DNA of 64,000 nt from Candidatus Micrarchaeota archaeon. GTDB lineage: Archaea > Micrarchaeota > Micrarchaeia > Micrarchaeales > CABMGC01. The notes under the pieces were generated by a model. The model had not been told where the DNA came from. It saw only the letters and a program-made list of their open reading frames with translations, and searched no databases. The position numbers were made by a program, and so were the translations under genes. Positions within the stretch are counted from its first letter, which is position 1; each line of letters starts with the position of its first letter. Where the stretch lies: assembly GCA_027365175.1 (NCBI GenBank), contig DAHXNY010000003.1, positions 24,634-88,633 of the forward strand. The letters are read 5' to 3'. Of this stretch, positions 8,635-16,841 are shown piece by piece.

Positions 8635-10152
8635 AACTGGTGGAAATGGGGGTCTTCTTGAATTGCCTTTTACTGATAGTTCATTGACAATTTGTGCAGA
8701 TATGCCAGGTGTGCGGAAAGCAGTAAAGAATCCGTTTGCCACATCAGGCGAAAGTTCCAGAGAATGAAATAGTACTGATGCCCCGAAGTCAGTATTTGCA
8801 CCTAAGCTTGGTCTTGTTTTTCTTATGGCTTTTGCATATTCAATTAGTCTATGTATAGTTTCATATTTTTCTGGAAATCCATCCATACTGGCTTTTATAT
8901 ATAAATCTACTCGTGGGTCTTTGCCTAACAGTCGGGTAGGATTTTCTGGATTAGTTTTGTGAATTCCATGTCCAAAACCATAAATTACTTTGCCGGGTTT
9001 AACTAAATTTCTGATGTATGCTTCTCTGTCACTTTTCCTTTCCATTGTCAGATATTCTTTCGTTTGTTTCATACATTCGGTTACTGCTCCAGCGTGGAGT
9101 TTGCCACTCCGTATATTAAAACTGGCGATAAGGGCTCTTGGGAAGGTAGTTCTCACTGATGAAGCTAATTGTGCAGTCAATTCTCCAGAATTTAGACCAT
9201 GTGTTGAGTGTGCTAATGCTACTTTCCTAACTGCAGAAAGTTGCCTCTCTGTAACTTTCTTACCTGCTTGATGAAGAAACATCTTAATTGGATCGATAGT
9301 TTCGTTCAGGTTCACTAGTTTAGATGGATTGTTAAAATATGCTACTGTTGAAATGATGAAGCCCGTAAAATAATACGCGTCCATTATGACCTTTCTTCTA
9401 CTTAGTAAGTTTTCTCCAGCAATTGCATTGGTGTTATATTCATATTTACTGAGACTCTCATACTTGTTTAAAATTTGTCTATTTAAAAGCTGTTGTGTAA
9501 TAAGATCTACAATCTCCCAATTTTCTTGCTTTGCACGAGAGATTAGTTCCCTTTCTCTTTCTTCTAAAATTGCCCCTCGCTGGAAAGAAACTTCTGCATC
9601 GGATTTAAACCTCTCGTCTTTTTCTAAGAAGAGCTTCAGAGTAGCAGAAAAATAATTATTTTGGCTTGAAAATCTCTTTAATGACATTCCTGCGATTGTT
9701 ATGCGTCCATCTAGTATATGTGATTGTCCTGAATGTGGATAACTCGGCGATCTGAATTTAAAGATTTTTAATACGTCATTAACACCGTCTCTTGCAGAAC
9801 TTACCTCATTGATAACTGATGCGAAGACGTGTTCTTTTCCTAACTCGTTAAGCCTTGCGTTTATGGGTTTTAGAAGCGCCGTAGTTCTTTCTGAAAATAC
9901 TTTGAGAGAGTGATTGCTGTTAAATAAGTTTATAAAGTCCGTTTTTAACTTAGCCATTTTTGGATCTGACAGTACCCCGGTGTCATTTAATTTTGAGGCA
10001 ATATTATTATAGGAATTTAAAACTACATGCTTCCAGATTATCTCCTCTGGATCATGGTAGACATCAGGCTTTCTTTGCAAAGCTAAAAAAGGCTGTGCTC
10101 CTGTAGAATTTTCTGAGTTATTAGTTTTTATCCGACATATTTTGTTTCGCAT
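8623..10152 (-). CDS. Divergent citrate-synthase-fold protein with long unrecognised N-terminal region
   Basis: HSTHGLNS, LHAGA, YGFGH, DPR, NTDF, FRTPG motifs in the C-terminal half. Confidence 0.8.
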   Translation of the reverse strand: MRNKICRIKTNNSENSTGAQPFLALQRKPDVYHDPEEIIWKHVVLNSYNNIASKLNDTGVLSDPKMAKLKTDFINLFNSNHSLKVFSERTTALLKPINARLNELGKEHVFASVINEVSSARDGVNDVLKIFKFRSPSYPHSGQSHILDGRITIAGMSLKRFSSQNNYFSATLKLFLEKDERFKSDAEVSFQRGAILEERERELISRAKQENWEIVDLITQQLLNRQILNKYESLSKYEYNTNAIAGENLLSRRKVIMDAYYFTGFIISTVAYFNNPSKLVNLNETIDPIKMFLHQAGKKVTERQLSAVRKVALAHSTHGLNSGELTAQLASSVRTTFPRALIASFNIRSGKLHAGAVTECMKQTKEYLTMERKSDREAYIRNLVKPGKVIYGFGHGIHKTNPENPTRLLGKDPRVDLYIKASMDGFPEKYETIHRLIEYAKAIRKTRPSLGANTDFGASVLFHSLELSPDVANGFFTAFRTPGISAQIVNELSVKGNSRRPPFPPVLRY

Positions 10153-10317
10153 TTTAACAATTATAGTAACTTGTAGAGAAATATAAGACCTTGCCGCAAG
10201 ATTTATAAATACGAATTGTGTCTCTGATCTTCAGTATCGTTTGTTAATGCACTTAGAATAAAGTATAAAGAGACGCTAATAACAGCAGAACTATATTAAA
10301 CAAACTAATCGGCCTAC

Positions 10318-10443
10318 CTTTAGGTCCTTCATAGTTCCATAAGTTATTTCGTCTGTCACCAAACCAGCTTCTCAAAAGTTTTACTGATAAAACAAGTAAA
10401 CCTGTTTTCCATAGGAGTATTAACTAAGAAAAATTTATAAATA
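10318..10443 (+). repeat. Right copy of 126-bp direct repeat; contains a truncated aIF5A 5' fragment
   Basis: Minus strand reads MVTDEITYGTMKDLKVGRLVCLI-stop. Confidence 0.97.
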
Positions 10444-10447
10444 CAGT

Positions 10448-10472
10448 TAACAGGCCCTATCTGGGCCTGTTA
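10448..10472 (-). terminator. Hairpin downstream of the ftsZ pair
   Basis: TAACAGGCCC-tatct-GGGCCTGTTA, perfect 10-bp stem. Confidence 0.65.
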
Positions 10473-10490
10473 CGTTAAAATTAAATAATT

Positions 10491-11510
10491 TCAGTAGATG
10501 CTCTGGAGCGCCTCTAAGCGCATAGGCATAGCATTTGCATTGCTCTTGCGTTCGCCGAACTTCGCCTTCACTCCTGTAATTATTGACATTACCCTTATCT
10601 CCTCTCCGAGCTCAGGAAGCATCCTTGCGCCGAAGATGACGTTCGCATCTCCTGCAACGCCTTCTGTAACGCCGTTTGCTATCTCCGTAGCCTCGCTTAT
10701 GGTCAGGTTTGCACCTCCGGTTATCTGTATGAGCGCTCCCTTTGCACCTTCATTCTCCACTGATAGCAGAGGATGTGCAAGAGTTGACTTTACAGCCTGT
10801 TCGACTCTGCCAGGGCCCTTTCCTGAGCCGAGGCTTATCACTGCCGTGCCTGTGTTCCTGACAACCGTGTTCAGATCTGCGAAGTCCAGGTTTATCAGGC
10901 TTGGGAAGTATATCGTGTCAGATATTCCCTTTACGGCATTGCCGGTTATATTGTCAACAAACTCGAAGGCCTTGTCCATAGGAAGGTTTGGCACATATGA
11001 TAGGAGCTTGTCGTTCTCCACCACTATCGTGCAGTCCGCTTCCTTGTTCAGCCTGTCTATGCCCCACTCTGCCTTTACCTTTCTGCTTCTCTCAAGTGCA
11101 AATGGGTATGTCACAGTTGCTATCACTGTTGCGCCGCACTCTCTTGCTATGTGAGCCACTATTGGAGCTGAACCTGTTCCTGTTCCTCCTCCCATGCCAG
11201 CAGCTACGAAGACCAGGCTGTAGCCGTCTAGGGCCTGCCTTATCTCCTCCTTGCTTACCTCTGCGCATTTCTCAGCAACTTCTGGGAAACCTCCGGCTCC
11301 GAGTCCATTGGTTATGCTCTTTCCTATGAGCAGCTTCTTGTCGGCCTTGATTATGTTCAGATGTGCTATATCCGTGTTTATGGCAATCTTGTCGGCGCTC
11401 TGCATGCCGTATCTTGATAGTCTGTTTACAAGGTTGCTACCCTGCCCACCGCAGCCTACTACCGCTATCTTCGGTTTATAGGCATCATAGTCGAACTGCT
11501 CGTTTCCCAT
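10491..11510 (-). CDS. ftsZ: Cell division protein FtsZ (FtsZ2-like)
   Basis: [28 protein letters not shown]. Confidence 0.95.
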   Translation of the reverse strand: MGNEQFDYDAYKPKIAVVGCGGQGSNLVNRLSRYGMQSADKIAINTDIAHLNIIKADKKLLIGKSITNGLGAGGFPEVAEKCAEVSKEEIRQALDGYSLVFVAAGMGGGTGTGSAPIVAHIARECGATVIATVTYPFALERSRKVKAEWGIDRLNKEADCTIVVENDKLLSYVPNLPMDKAFEFVDNITGNAVKGISDTIYFPSLINLDFADLNTVVRNTGTAVISLGSGKGPGRVEQAVKSTLAHPLLSVENEGAKGALIQITGGANLTISEATEIANGVTEGVAGDANVIFGARMLPELGEEIRVMSIITGVKAKFGERKSNANAMPMRLEALQSIY

Positions 11511-11544
11511 TCTTGCACCCACTTATAATAAATATAAAGGGATC

Positions 11545-12594
11545 TCAAATGAGATCCAAGTCATACTTTGCAGGCTTTTCGTCGCTGTTGAACTTCCCGG
11601 CTATGCTTGCGCCCTTTACTCCTGTGACTATTGCCACTATCTCTATCTGGCCCTCGTAGCCTGGGATTATTCTTGCGCCCCACTTTATGTTTGCCTTAGG
11701 GTCCATGCGCTCCGTGATTATTTCACCTGCGTGTATTGCGTCTCCGAGGCTCAGGTCCGATGCTCCTGATATGTGTATCAGTGCCCCCTTTGCATTCTCG
11801 AAGTCAACATCAAGCAGCTTGTTCTTTATCACGGCCTCTGCAGCTGCGGTAACCTTCTCGTTGCCCTTTCCTACCCCTACGGATATGAATCCAACGTCTC
11901 CGCTGCCCATGATTGACCTTACATCAGCAAAGTCTATGTTGATCAGGCTCGGCTGGGTTATCGTCCATACGAGTCCTCCTATGGCCTTTGCCAGTATGTC
12001 ATCTGCTACTGCAAATGCCTCATTCATTGGCAGGTTAGGAACCAGCTTCACCAGCCTGTTGTTGTCCAGGATTATGACGCTGTCGCTGAACTTCCTCAGC
12101 TTCTGAATACCCTCTTCTGCCTTTACCTTCCTTACCCTCTCAAGATCAAATGGGTATGTTACCATCGCGACTACTATAGCACCCTGTTCCTTTGCTATCT
12201 GAGCCACTACCGGCATCGCACCTGTTCCCGTTCCTCCTCCCATACCTGCGCACAGGAAGACCAGTTGTGCACCGTTTATTACCTCTTCTATTGCCTGCCT
12301 GTCAGCCTCTGCTGCCTTTGCTCCGACTTCAGGAGTTCCTCCGGCTCCGAGACCTCTTGTCAGGCTCTTTCCGATGAGGACCTTCTTTATCCGGTCATCA
12401 AGCATCTTGAAGTGCTGAACGTCCGTGTTAATTGCTACAAGGTCTGTGCCCTTAACACCGCTCTTCAGCAGTCTTTGTGCTGTGTTGTTGCCACCCCCGC
12501 CCACTCCTATGGTTACTATCTTTATCTGGGGTGTAGAGTTACTGTCCATCTCCTCGCTTTTATTCGCAAGAAACTCGCTAGAGAAATCTACCAT
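11545..12594 (-). CDS. ftsZ: Cell division protein FtsZ (FtsZ2-like)
   Basis: [31 protein letters not shown]. Confidence 0.96.
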   Translation of the reverse strand: MVDFSSEFLANKSEEMDSNSTPQIKIVTIGVGGGGNNTAQRLLKSGVKGTDLVAINTDVQHFKMLDDRIKKVLIGKSLTRGLGAGGTPEVGAKAAEADRQAIEEVINGAQLVFLCAGMGGGTGTGAMPVVAQIAKEQGAIVVAMVTYPFDLERVRKVKAEEGIQKLRKFSDSVIILDNNRLVKLVPNLPMNEAFAVADDILAKAIGGLVWTITQPSLINIDFADVRSIMGSGDVGFISVGVGKGNEKVTAAAEAVIKNKLLDVDFENAKGALIHISGASDLSLGDAIHAGEIITERMDPKANIKWGARIIPGYEGQIEIVAIVTGVKGASIAGKFNSDEKPAKYDLDLI

Positions 12595-12799
12595 GCGATC
12601 GCCAGTTTATATAAACTACTAAATACGTTTAAATGTCTTTTGTATGGGAGTCAGTAATGGAACGGCTTATACTTTGATAAAAATCATATACTTAAATAAA
12701 TTATTATTAGTGGAAGATAAGGATTTTTACGCAGAATCCGTACCGTAATGGGAATGAAAAACAAATTTTACCGACGTTAATTGCAATTTGGGATTAGTA

Positions 12800-14560
12800 T
12801 CAGGCTGATAGCTTGGACTTCCGCTGTATGCCGAACATCTCTATTACCTCTTCTGTCGTCGTGGCATCGGAAGCGCTCTTGTCCTGCCTTATCCCATCGC
12901 TCACGAGCCTTGGGAATCTCAGGGCATATCCTATTCCGTCCTTTACCCCGCAGGTGTGCATGTTCGACCTTGTTATCTCGTCTGCCCTTACAGTTACTAC
13001 GTACTTCGGCTCGACCCAGAAGTCAGGCTCCACCACAGCGTTTACCCTTGCAGGCCTGTGCTTTGTCTTTATCTCATCAAGATCCTTCTTCAGCGATTTC
13101 ATCTGCACCTCGCTGAATCCTGTGCCTATTCGCGTTATGGTTTCAAAGGCATCCTCTTTGTCATTGTAAACGCCTGCTAGGAGACCGCCGAATTTGAACT
13201 CGGCGCGCAGCCCTTTTCCTAGGAAGTATCCCAGTATCACGAGGTCAAGCGTGTCTGACAGTTCTCCCTTGTAGCTCCTCTTCAGCTTTATCCAGGAGAA
13301 CTTCCTCGCGCCTGCCACATAGCTTGAGCCGAGGTCCTTTGCCATTATGCCCTCGAGACCGTCCTCTATTACCGTATTGAAGTACTTGTCTATCGTCTTG
13401 GGATCGTCAGTGACTATCCTGTCGGAGAGTCGTATCATGCGCCTTTTCTTCAGCACGGATTCAAGCAGGTTCCTCCTCTCCGAGTAGGGCTTTGCCATCG
13501 TATCCCTGCCGTTAAGATACATTATGTCGAATGAGAAGAGGGTCAGGGGCATCTCCTTTGACATCTCCTCTACTCCATGCTTCCTCTTCCTCTGTATGGT
13601 CTCCTGGAAAGGGAGGAACTGGTCCGTGGCTTCGTTGTATCCTATTGCCTCTCCCTCTATTATTGCAGAGTCTGCCGATATCTCATCGAGTGCGGCGTCG
13701 ACTATTTCCGGGAACATGGGAGTAAGCACCTCCAGGTTCCTCGAGTATATCTCAACCTTCTTCCTCTTCCTATCCACATGTATCTGCTGCCTTAATCCGT
13801 CGTACTTTGATTCTATGGCGCACCTTCCATGGGTCTTTTCCAGTATCTGCTCCGCAGTAGGAAGCCTCTCGGCAAGTGCGGGCCTTATAGGACTGAAGAG
13901 CTGCACCTCTATGCGCTCTATCCCTTTTATCCCATTCTCGGCCATGATCTCACCTATCCTCCCGAGGTCGCTGCAGATGTTGTATGCGTTCTCCAGCACA
14001 GGCTTTGACTCCCTGCTTCCGGTGAATGCCTTGGAAAGCGCTTCGAGAATGGTTGCATCGCCAAGGCCCAGCCTGAGCCTTCCGAGGGCGAATCTGGTAA
14101 CGTATCTTGCTTCGAGAGGAGAGGAGGCTGAAAGAATCTCCATCAGCATCTTTATCTTCGTGTCCTGGCTGCCCTGCCCTCCGGTCTTCGCTATCTTGTG
14201 CATCGATTCGAAGACATCGTTTACTGTAAAGGACTTGGAACTTATCCTCTTCAGCTTTGACTTAGAACAGAAATCCTCTGCCACTGCCCCAAGGTCTCCT
14301 GATTTCTTGTATGCCTGTATGACGGAATCTTTTGAATAGCCGGTAGCTGCAGCTATGGCCTGCTCGGCGAAGCTCTCAGCCAGCCCTATCACTACGCCCT
14401 CGAATGAAGGACTGAGAACTCCCTGCGTTATGTATATCAGGTGCCGAATCTCTCCGGGGGAGGATTTTGACAAAAGCTCCGAGAGCGTGTCTATCATCTC
14501 CAGCCTTGAGCTTGTGCCCTCGAGCTTCTCGTAATAAGCGGCAGTGTCCTTGAACAGCAT
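12800..14560 (-). CDS. lig: ATP-dependent DNA ligase
   Basis: ESKYDGLR, EGIMAK, WIKLK, ALRFPR; likely start MLFKDTA at 14560. Confidence 0.96.
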   Translation of the reverse strand: MLFKDTAAYYEKLEGTSSRLEMIDTLSELLSKSSPGEIRHLIYITQGVLSPSFEGVVIGLAESFAEQAIAAATGYSKDSVIQAYKKSGDLGAVAEDFCSKSKLKRISSKSFTVNDVFESMHKIAKTGGQGSQDTKIKMLMEILSASSPLEARYVTRFALGRLRLGLGDATILEALSKAFTGSRESKPVLENAYNICSDLGRIGEIMAENGIKGIERIEVQLFSPIRPALAERLPTAEQILEKTHGRCAIESKYDGLRQQIHVDRKRKKVEIYSRNLEVLTPMFPEIVDAALDEISADSAIIEGEAIGYNEATDQFLPFQETIQRKRKHGVEEMSKEMPLTLFSFDIMYLNGRDTMAKPYSERRNLLESVLKKRRMIRLSDRIVTDDPKTIDKYFNTVIEDGLEGIMAKDLGSSYVAGARKFSWIKLKRSYKGELSDTLDLVILGYFLGKGLRAEFKFGGLLAGVYNDKEDAFETITRIGTGFSEVQMKSLKKDLDEIKTKHRPARVNAVVEPDFWVEPKYVVTVRADEITRSNMHTCGVKDGIGYALRFPRLVSDGIRQDKSASDATTTEEVIEMFGIQRKSKLSA

Positions 14561-14617
14561 CTTAACCAATATCAAATCTGTTCTTATGTTTATATAGTTT
14601 CTCTGAAATACCATAAT

Positions 14618-14878
14618 ATGGCAAAGGAACCGTGCGAACATTTTGTTGGCATTGACAAAGATATAAAGGCAAAGAGTGAAGTCTGCGAGGAGTGCATAAA
14701 GGAGGGGACGCACTGGGTACAGCTTCGTGTCTGTTTGGTCTGCGGCCATGTAGGATGCTGTGATTCATCCGTAGGAAGGCATGCGACAAAGCACTTCCAG
14801 GAAACAGGTCACGCTGCGATGGCGGCGCATCCCGGCAGAGAGTGGAGATGGTGCTACGTGCACAAGGATTATTACTGA
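14618..14878 (+). CDS. Stand-alone UBP-type zinc finger protein
   Basis: CEEC...LRVCLVCGHVGCCDSS...HATKHF...WRWCY. Confidence 0.92.
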   Translation: MAKEPCEHFVGIDKDIKAKSEVCEECIKEGTHWVQLRVCLVCGHVGCCDSSVGRHATKHFQETGHAAMAAHPGREWRWCYVHKDYY

Positions 14879-14963
14879 TGCATGCCACGTAATTTCATTA
14901 TGTAGACATATGGGATAGCCAATGCTGTTTTGCTAGTTTATTGAAGCTGTTAGCCATTTTGGC

Positions 14964-16106
14964 TTACTCTTCGTTTATTATCTCATATATCTTATTGGCG
15001 AAGAAGCCCATGTTGCGCTCCTTCTTCTCTGGCACAAGTATGCCCTGCTTGACAAGCCTGTCCACTGCGCGTTTTGCAGTAGGGTATGTCGCGTTGATCG
15101 CATTCCTTGCATCTGCTATGGTTATGAATGGGTTCTTGAAGAGCTCATTCAGCACTATTCTTGATGACTCTGAGGATTTTGAAGGGCCGAGCTTTTTCAT
15201 GCACGCTTCCCTGTACTCGGAGAGCTTTGAAGCGGTGCGCACGGCCTTCTTGGCCTGGAAGTGCATAGCCTTAAGGAAGAACTTTATCCATGCCAGATAG
15301 TCGCCTGTCTTGCTTACGTGCAGTATCGTGTCGTAGTAGGATGCCCTGTCCCTCTCGAAGTACTCGCTCATGCATAGGCTGGGAAGCGAGAGGAGCCTGC
15401 TCTTCTGCAGATACACGGATATGAGCGCTCTTCCGGTCCTTCCGTTTGCATGCTCGAAGGGCCTTATGGCCTCGAACTGGTAGTGCATAATTGCTATCTG
15501 GACTATCGGATGCACCGACTCATACTCCTGCATATAGTAAAGCGCGTTCTCCAGCAATGGCACTATTCTCTCCGGAGGCGGGGGCACGTATCTTGCTATA
15601 GCGGCCGGGGTATCTGGAGAACCAAGCCAGTTCTGCCTATTCCTTATTATCATATCCTTTTCATTTGTGCTGCCCGTAAGTGCCTTGTGGGCTCCGATTA
15701 CCGTATTCATGCTTATGTCCCCGCGGCTTATCGCCGGTATGCAGCTCCTCAGAGCCTCTATATGGCCAATGGCCTCTTTTGCAGCCTTGGGATCCTTTAT
15801 CGAGCGTTTTCCCCGCTCATACCTGAAGATATTGTCCAGGGTCTCCCGGTTTCCATGCAGCCTTGCATTCTCCAGCGCCTCCTTTCTTGTCTGCAGTTCT
15901 GCAAATTCCGGGAATTCAGAGGATATTGCCTCGAGCTTCCCCAACTCGAAGCTTGTCTTTGCCAGAAGAGTTGTCGCCTCATCGTCAAATTTGATCTGCA
16001 CAGGGAGCAGCCTCGGTACAAAGGCGTAGTAGTTGTTGTGTGCATTCTGTACGAATATGAGCTCTCCTGCCATACCATTGAAATCGCTGGGATTCACCAC
16101 AGGCAC
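14964..16106 (-). CDS. Fic family protein with C-terminal HTH and a degenerate active site
   Basis: IRNRQNWLG, HYQFEAIRPFEHANGRTGR versus canonical HPFxDGNGR. Confidence 0.88.
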   Translation of the reverse strand: MPVVNPSDFNGMAGELIFVQNAHNNYYAFVPRLLPVQIKFDDEATTLLAKTSFELGKLEAISSEFPEFAELQTRKEALENARLHGNRETLDNIFRYERGKRSIKDPKAAKEAIGHIEALRSCIPAISRGDISMNTVIGAHKALTGSTNEKDMIIRNRQNWLGSPDTPAAIARYVPPPPERIVPLLENALYYMQEYESVHPIVQIAIMHYQFEAIRPFEHANGRTGRALISVYLQKSRLLSLPSLCMSEYFERDRASYYDTILHVSKTGDYLAWIKFFLKAMHFQAKKAVRTASKLSEYREACMKKLGPSKSSESSRIVLNELFKNPFITIADARNAINATYPTAKRAVDRLVKQGILVPEKKERNMGFFANKIYEIINEE

Positions 16107-16575
16107 CGATTATTATATTAAAAGAATATATTTAAACCTTTACTAAATCAATATTTATCACAATATTAATCTGCAATAACGTATTGGAACTAAATATAAA
16201 CACAATAAACATACTATAACTGACTACATACGATTATTATAGATAAATTAAGTTTTTATTAAATTAATCTCATTTATAATTAATATAATGTAATTTTATT
16301 TGTTTTTACCCGCTTTTGTAGATTTTTTACTTAATATATTATAAATATATTGAAGATAATCGCATATATCACATTATTTCGATCTGAAGAAGCAGTGTTT
16401 CAATTGTTCGAATATAATTAAAGAAATATTGTTTATAATTAATATAAATTAATAATCAACATTTGATTGATATTTTGATAGTTTATGTTAAATTATATGT
16501 GTATTAATTTAATATTACTCTGATACGCAGCTCGCACCTGGCTGTGTGGGACATGAGGTCTCTGGTGCGAATTAG

Positions 16576-16643
16576 GTGACATCCTCCCACCCCTGAAGGG
16601 AGCCATCTAAAGAGGGTGTGGGATTTCCCGCTCACGTTGTTAA
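16576..16643 (-). mobile_element. Solo IS200/IS605-type right-end remnant
   Basis: Minus strand GTGAGCGGGAAATCCCACACCCT...AGGGGTGGGAGGATGTCAC; hairpin resembles the tnpB element ends at 60325 and 61580. Confidence 0.6.
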
Positions 16644-16841
16644 TAGCAAATATATTAATTATATTGCTGATTTTTGTAGATATATAGCACTTTTTGATTT
16701 ATTATATTAAATAATTAATCATTATATTTAATACAAACAATGAATCTAATTGAATTGCAGAGAACATAGAAGCAGGAGACATAAACGTAAAGATATAGCA
16801 TTGGGATTGGCAGTTTAGGATGGCTTATGAAGCGCGCCTGA

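Larger units (their letters stand above)
7220..10317. mobile_element. AT-rich three-gene genomic island between 126-bp direct repeats; no integrase or transposase
   Basis: Abrupt shift to A/T-ending codons; flanked by the direct repeats. Confidence 0.75.

Noticed and set aside
14561-14749. N-terminal extensions in the ORF track for ligase (also trmJ, gltX, sdhA, sdhB and dph2)
   Set aside because: They overlap neighbouring genes or promoters; downstream ATGs match the family starts
16128-16146. Recurring ATATTTAAACCTT (also near 20176, 57976 and 63282) as a specific regulon motif
   Set aside because: It is the reverse complement of an ordinary BRE-TATA promoter (AAGGTTTAAATA) upstream of minus-strand genes
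16107-16841. Replication origin
   Set aside because: AT-rich, but no ORB G-string repeats and no adjacent orc1/cdc6
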